From: Mobula hypostoma
Lineage: Eukaryota
NCBI RefSeq assembly: GCF_963921235.1
Contig: NC_086109.1
Coordinates: 6,822,001 to 6,886,000, forward strand
Direction: 5' to 3'
DNA length: 64,000 nucleotides
This document shows, one piece after another, positions 60,273 to 64,000 of the stretch. The position numbers and the translations under genes are program-made. The notes under the pieces are model-generated. The model ran no database searches and was not told the origin of the DNA. It saw only the letters and a program-made list of their open reading frames with translations. The stretch's first letter is position 1; each line of letters starts with the position of its first letter.

Positions 60273-62122
60273 AATTATAGATAAATTATACAAGACAGTG
60301 AAGAAAATAGACTGCGCAAACCAAGAGTGCAAAAAAGTGACACAATTGAAGTGATGACTCATTCCAATAGTCACTGTTTTGCGAAAGGTCAGAATGAAGA
60401 AAGAAAATGGAGACGTCAAGAGCAGTTTGTGTTTGTTTCACCTCTGGGGTTTCAGATTACAGGGCCAGCTGTTTTAAGATGATGCTATCACTATTGTGGT
60501 CTGGTAAATGGACACGTCAATGTAGCTCATGAATTAGAGCTTGCCAAGGCCCCAGTGGCAGGGATTGTCTCTGCTGTTTGTTCTTCTCTATCCCAGCTTT
60601 CAAGGCACAAAGACACATTCCATCTAAATCTGAGAAAGAAGAGGTTAATGTATGAGCACGTTTGATGGGTTTCGGTGTACCTGCTGGTGTTTCGAAGAAC
60701 ATCTAATTGAATCTAATTGATACCTATCAAATATTGAAAAGCCAGATAGAGTGGACATGCAGAGGATGTTTCTAATGGTGGGGAAGTCTAGGACCAGAGG
60801 GTACAGCCTCAGAATAGAAGGAAGTCCCTTTAGAACAGAGATGAGGAGAAACTTCGTCAGCTAGAGGGTGCTGAATCTATGGAATTCATTGTCACAAATG
60901 GCTGCACAGGCCAAGTCATTGGGTATATTTAAAATGGACGCTGATCGATTCTTGATTAGTAAGGGCATCAAAATTTGTGGGAAGAAGGCAGCAGAATGGA
61001 GTTGAGAGGGATAGTGAAGAGGTCCTGATAGAATGGTGGAGCGGGCTCGATGGAACAAATGGGCTACTTCTGCTCCTATGTGTTATGGTTTTCTTTCTCT
61101 CACATAGTGTTTTGGTTTCCTGTCTCAAAAAGAAGAACACTTTCATCTTGGATCGGGGACCAAAGGACGTCACCAAGGAAAATAATCCTTGCAAGCTATG
61201 TCACTGTAGATCGAGTCATTGAGTCCTACAGCACAGAAACAATTCTTTCAGCCCAACTCATCCACGTTGACAAGGACATCTATCTATAAAATCTCAACCT
61301 CTTCTTGTTATAGATGAGATACAGGAGCATGAAAAACCATCCTGAATGTTTCAGAAACAACTTCTTCCCCTCTGTCACTTGAAAGTCAGATTGAAATGTC
61401 GAAACATACGAAATGTGTCGTCTGCGGCAATGACCAACACAGCCCGAGGATATGCTGGGGGCAGCCCACAACGCAAGTGTCACCCTGCTTCTGGCACCTC
61501 CATAACTCGCCTGCAGCTCACTAACCCTAACCCATACGTCCCTAAAACGTAGGAGGAAACCAAAGCACCCGAGGAAACCCACGCGGTCACAGACACAACG
61601 TACAAACTCCTTACAGGGATGGCAGGAATTGAACGCTGATCACTGGCACTGCAATAACATTATCCTAGCTGTTACACTACTGTGCCATGACAGTTTCAGT
61701 CCTGTGACTCTACAGGGCACTATTTGTAATATTATTCTTGTGATTTGTCAATAATATATCCGTCAAAATAAGCTCAAACAAAAAAGAATGCACAATGCTA
61801 GTGAGTAATGATCTACATTTCTCAAGAGCAGAACACAGTCACTTCCAACTATTTCCTCTTTTCTTTAACCTCAGAATTTCCCAATTTTAAATAGCCACAT
61901 CAATTAGAAAATCAGAACCAGGAAACACTGAAAAATCACGCAGTGGATGTACGTGATTACGAATTTCACAACATCAATATTATTTACACTCAACGGGCAC
62001 TCCTTGTTGCTGGGACTTGAGGACTTGAGTTATGGGGAAACGTTGAATAGGTTAGGACTCTGTTCCCTGGAGCACAGGAGAATGAGGGGAGATTTGATTG
62101 AGATATACAAAGTCATGAGGGG

Positions 62123-62575
62123 TGTGGTAACGTGAACAAACTCACCAGAGAGACACTGAGCGCTAATGGATGTAGAAGTGTTTTATTCAACAGCAATGAG
62201 CAGCAGCCATCATAGCAAGACACTCTCTAGAGGCCTGTTCGACCCAATATTACACGACATTTTATATGCTAAAGATCAAAGATAACAGCAGGACAATTCT
62301 ATAGTTACAATGTATCTACAATGCTTCCTTTGAATTACATACAGTTTTCACACACCTCTTCCTTCACACCCATACTCCAGACACCCAAAATGAATGTTAA
62401 TCTGCGTTGTCTGGTTTTCCAATTAACTGGTGCCTACAGCCCCAGGAAACTATTGTCCAGGGCTGCATTTTAAATTTAATCTACAGTCCACATTCAGGTC
62501 TAAAGATTGCTTGCTGAAGTTAATATTTTGCTATATAACTTAACTCTGGAATACTCCCTTACAGTCCCTCCTCTT
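62123..62575 (-). mobile_element. Retrovirus-like 3' LTR with polypurine tract
   Basis: On the minus strand, AAGAGGAGGG(AC) precedes TGTAAGGG...TTACCACA (62563-62123), which contains TATAAAA and AATAAA. It interrupts a CR1 fragment. Confidence 0.55.
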
Positions 62576-63324
62576 GGTCCTCCTGGACAAAAATAAATTT
62601 GTTCTAGGAAAGGCCAAACCTGAGGGAGGATCTAATCAAATAGGATAGCAAAAATGCCCAGCTTCGGAACCCTTCCCCCACTTACCCTATGTGCATCTAC
62701 ATCTACATAATCAACCCTAATGGCTACCAACAAGACTCTAAGCAGAGATTGTTCCAGAAATTTGACCAAGAGTCTTTAAAATGCAGCTTTGTCATTTCTA
62801 TGTTTGTAGCCTGCTTCCCTGCTGGCTGATTGCAGTTTAATCACATTCGTATCTTCAAGCCTTCATTTCCTGATAGCTAAAACTCAGCAATTATTCTCTG
62901 GACAGGGTACCAGCCTGGTAAATGTACCAGGCTCACAGGCCCTCTCATTGATGTATAGGAGGGGTTTTGGGGTAGTCTCCATTTGAATGACTGCATCTCC
63001 ATTCTAAGAGGTCACCCGTCTATTTTGACACTGTGTCCTCTGGTCTTAGACACTCCCACTATAGGAAACATCCTCTCCACATCCACTCTATCGAGGCCTT
63101 TCACCATTTGATAGGTTTCAATGAGGTCACCCCTCATACTTCTGATTTCCAGTCAATACAGGCCCAGAGCCATGAAATGCTCTTCATGTGACAAGCCGTT
63201 TAATCCTTGAATCAATTTTGTGAACCTCCTTTGAATCCTCTCCAGTTTCAGCACATAAGGGACCTAAGACTGTTCACAATACTCCAGGTGAGGCCTCACC
63301 AGTGCTTTATAAACTTTCAACATT

Positions 63325-64000
63325 ACATCTGGAGACAGACTGTCCACTGACATCTTCTACAAGCCCACTGACTCTCATAACTACCTTGACTATACCTCTT
63401 CCCACCCCGCCACATGCAAAAATGCCATTCCCTATTCCCAGTTCCTCTGTCTCCACCGCATCTGCTCCGAGGATGAGGTTTTCCATTCCAGGACATCTCA
63501 AATGTCGTCTTTCTTTAAGGATCGTGGTTTCCCTTCTACGGTGATCAATGATGCCCTCACCCGCATCTCCTCCATTTCCCGCACTTCGGCCCTCACCCCA
63601 TCCTCCCGTCACCACAACAGGGACAGAGTTCCCCTTGTCCTCACCTACCACCCCACTAGCCTCCGGATCCAGCACATTATCCTCCGCAACTTCCACCACC
63701 TTCAACAGGACCCCACCACTAAACACATCTTTTCCCTCTCCACCCCTCTCTGCTTTCCGCAGGGATCGGTCCCTCCGCGACTCCCTGATCCACACGTCCA
63801 TCCCCACTGATCTCCAACCCAGCACTTATCCCTGTAAGCGTAAGTGCTATACCTGTCCCTACACCTCCTCTCTTGCAACCATTTAGGGCCCCAGACAGTC
63901 CTTCCAGGTGAGGCAACACTTCACTTGTGAGTCTGTTGGGGTCATCTATTGCATCTGGTGCTCCTGGTGCGGCCTCCTCTACATCGGTGAAACCTGACAC
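63325..64000 (+). mobile_element. Penelope-like element RT C-terminus and GIY-YIG endonuclease (runs off window)
   Basis: TDIFYKPTDSHNYLDYTSSHP, RICSEDE, KDRGFP, RVPLVLTYHP and FTCESVGVIYCIWCSWCGLLYIGET. Confidence 0.85.

Overview
Vertebrate genomic DNA, very rich in repeats. The mix of CR1, Rex/Babar, Penelope, L1, R4/Dong, tRNA-SINE, hAT and Tc1 relics suggests a cartilaginous fish (inference). Three main structures. (1) A candidate two-exon gene on +: an HNF1/HNF4/CCAAT/TATA-type promoter at ~6520-6691, a non-coding exon ending at 6760, and one coding exon (CDS 9746-10291). It encodes a 181-aa secreted single Ig V domain with nectin/PVR/TIGIT-type motifs. A truncated inverted copy of its start lies at ~4283-4395. 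(2) A Gmr1-like (Ty3/Gypsy, PR-IN-RT-RH order) non-autonomous LTR element arranged LTR-I-LTR-I-LTR (29700-38651, TSD GATG, chimeric middle LTR). Its 929-aa ORF keeps Gag and protease but only dead in-frame remnants of IN/RT. A solo LTR of the same family sits at 21822-22690. (3) Exons 1-10 of a CHIA-like GH18 chitinase (41475-58076, +). The catalytic motif is intact, but the intron-8 donor is CT rather than GT, exon 8 has an in-frame deletion, the intron-3 donor is weak, and the chitin-binding exon was not found in the window. Two long minisatellites (55-56 bp and 38 bp units) create spurious ORFs. All family assignments come from motif recognition by eye; no database searches were run.
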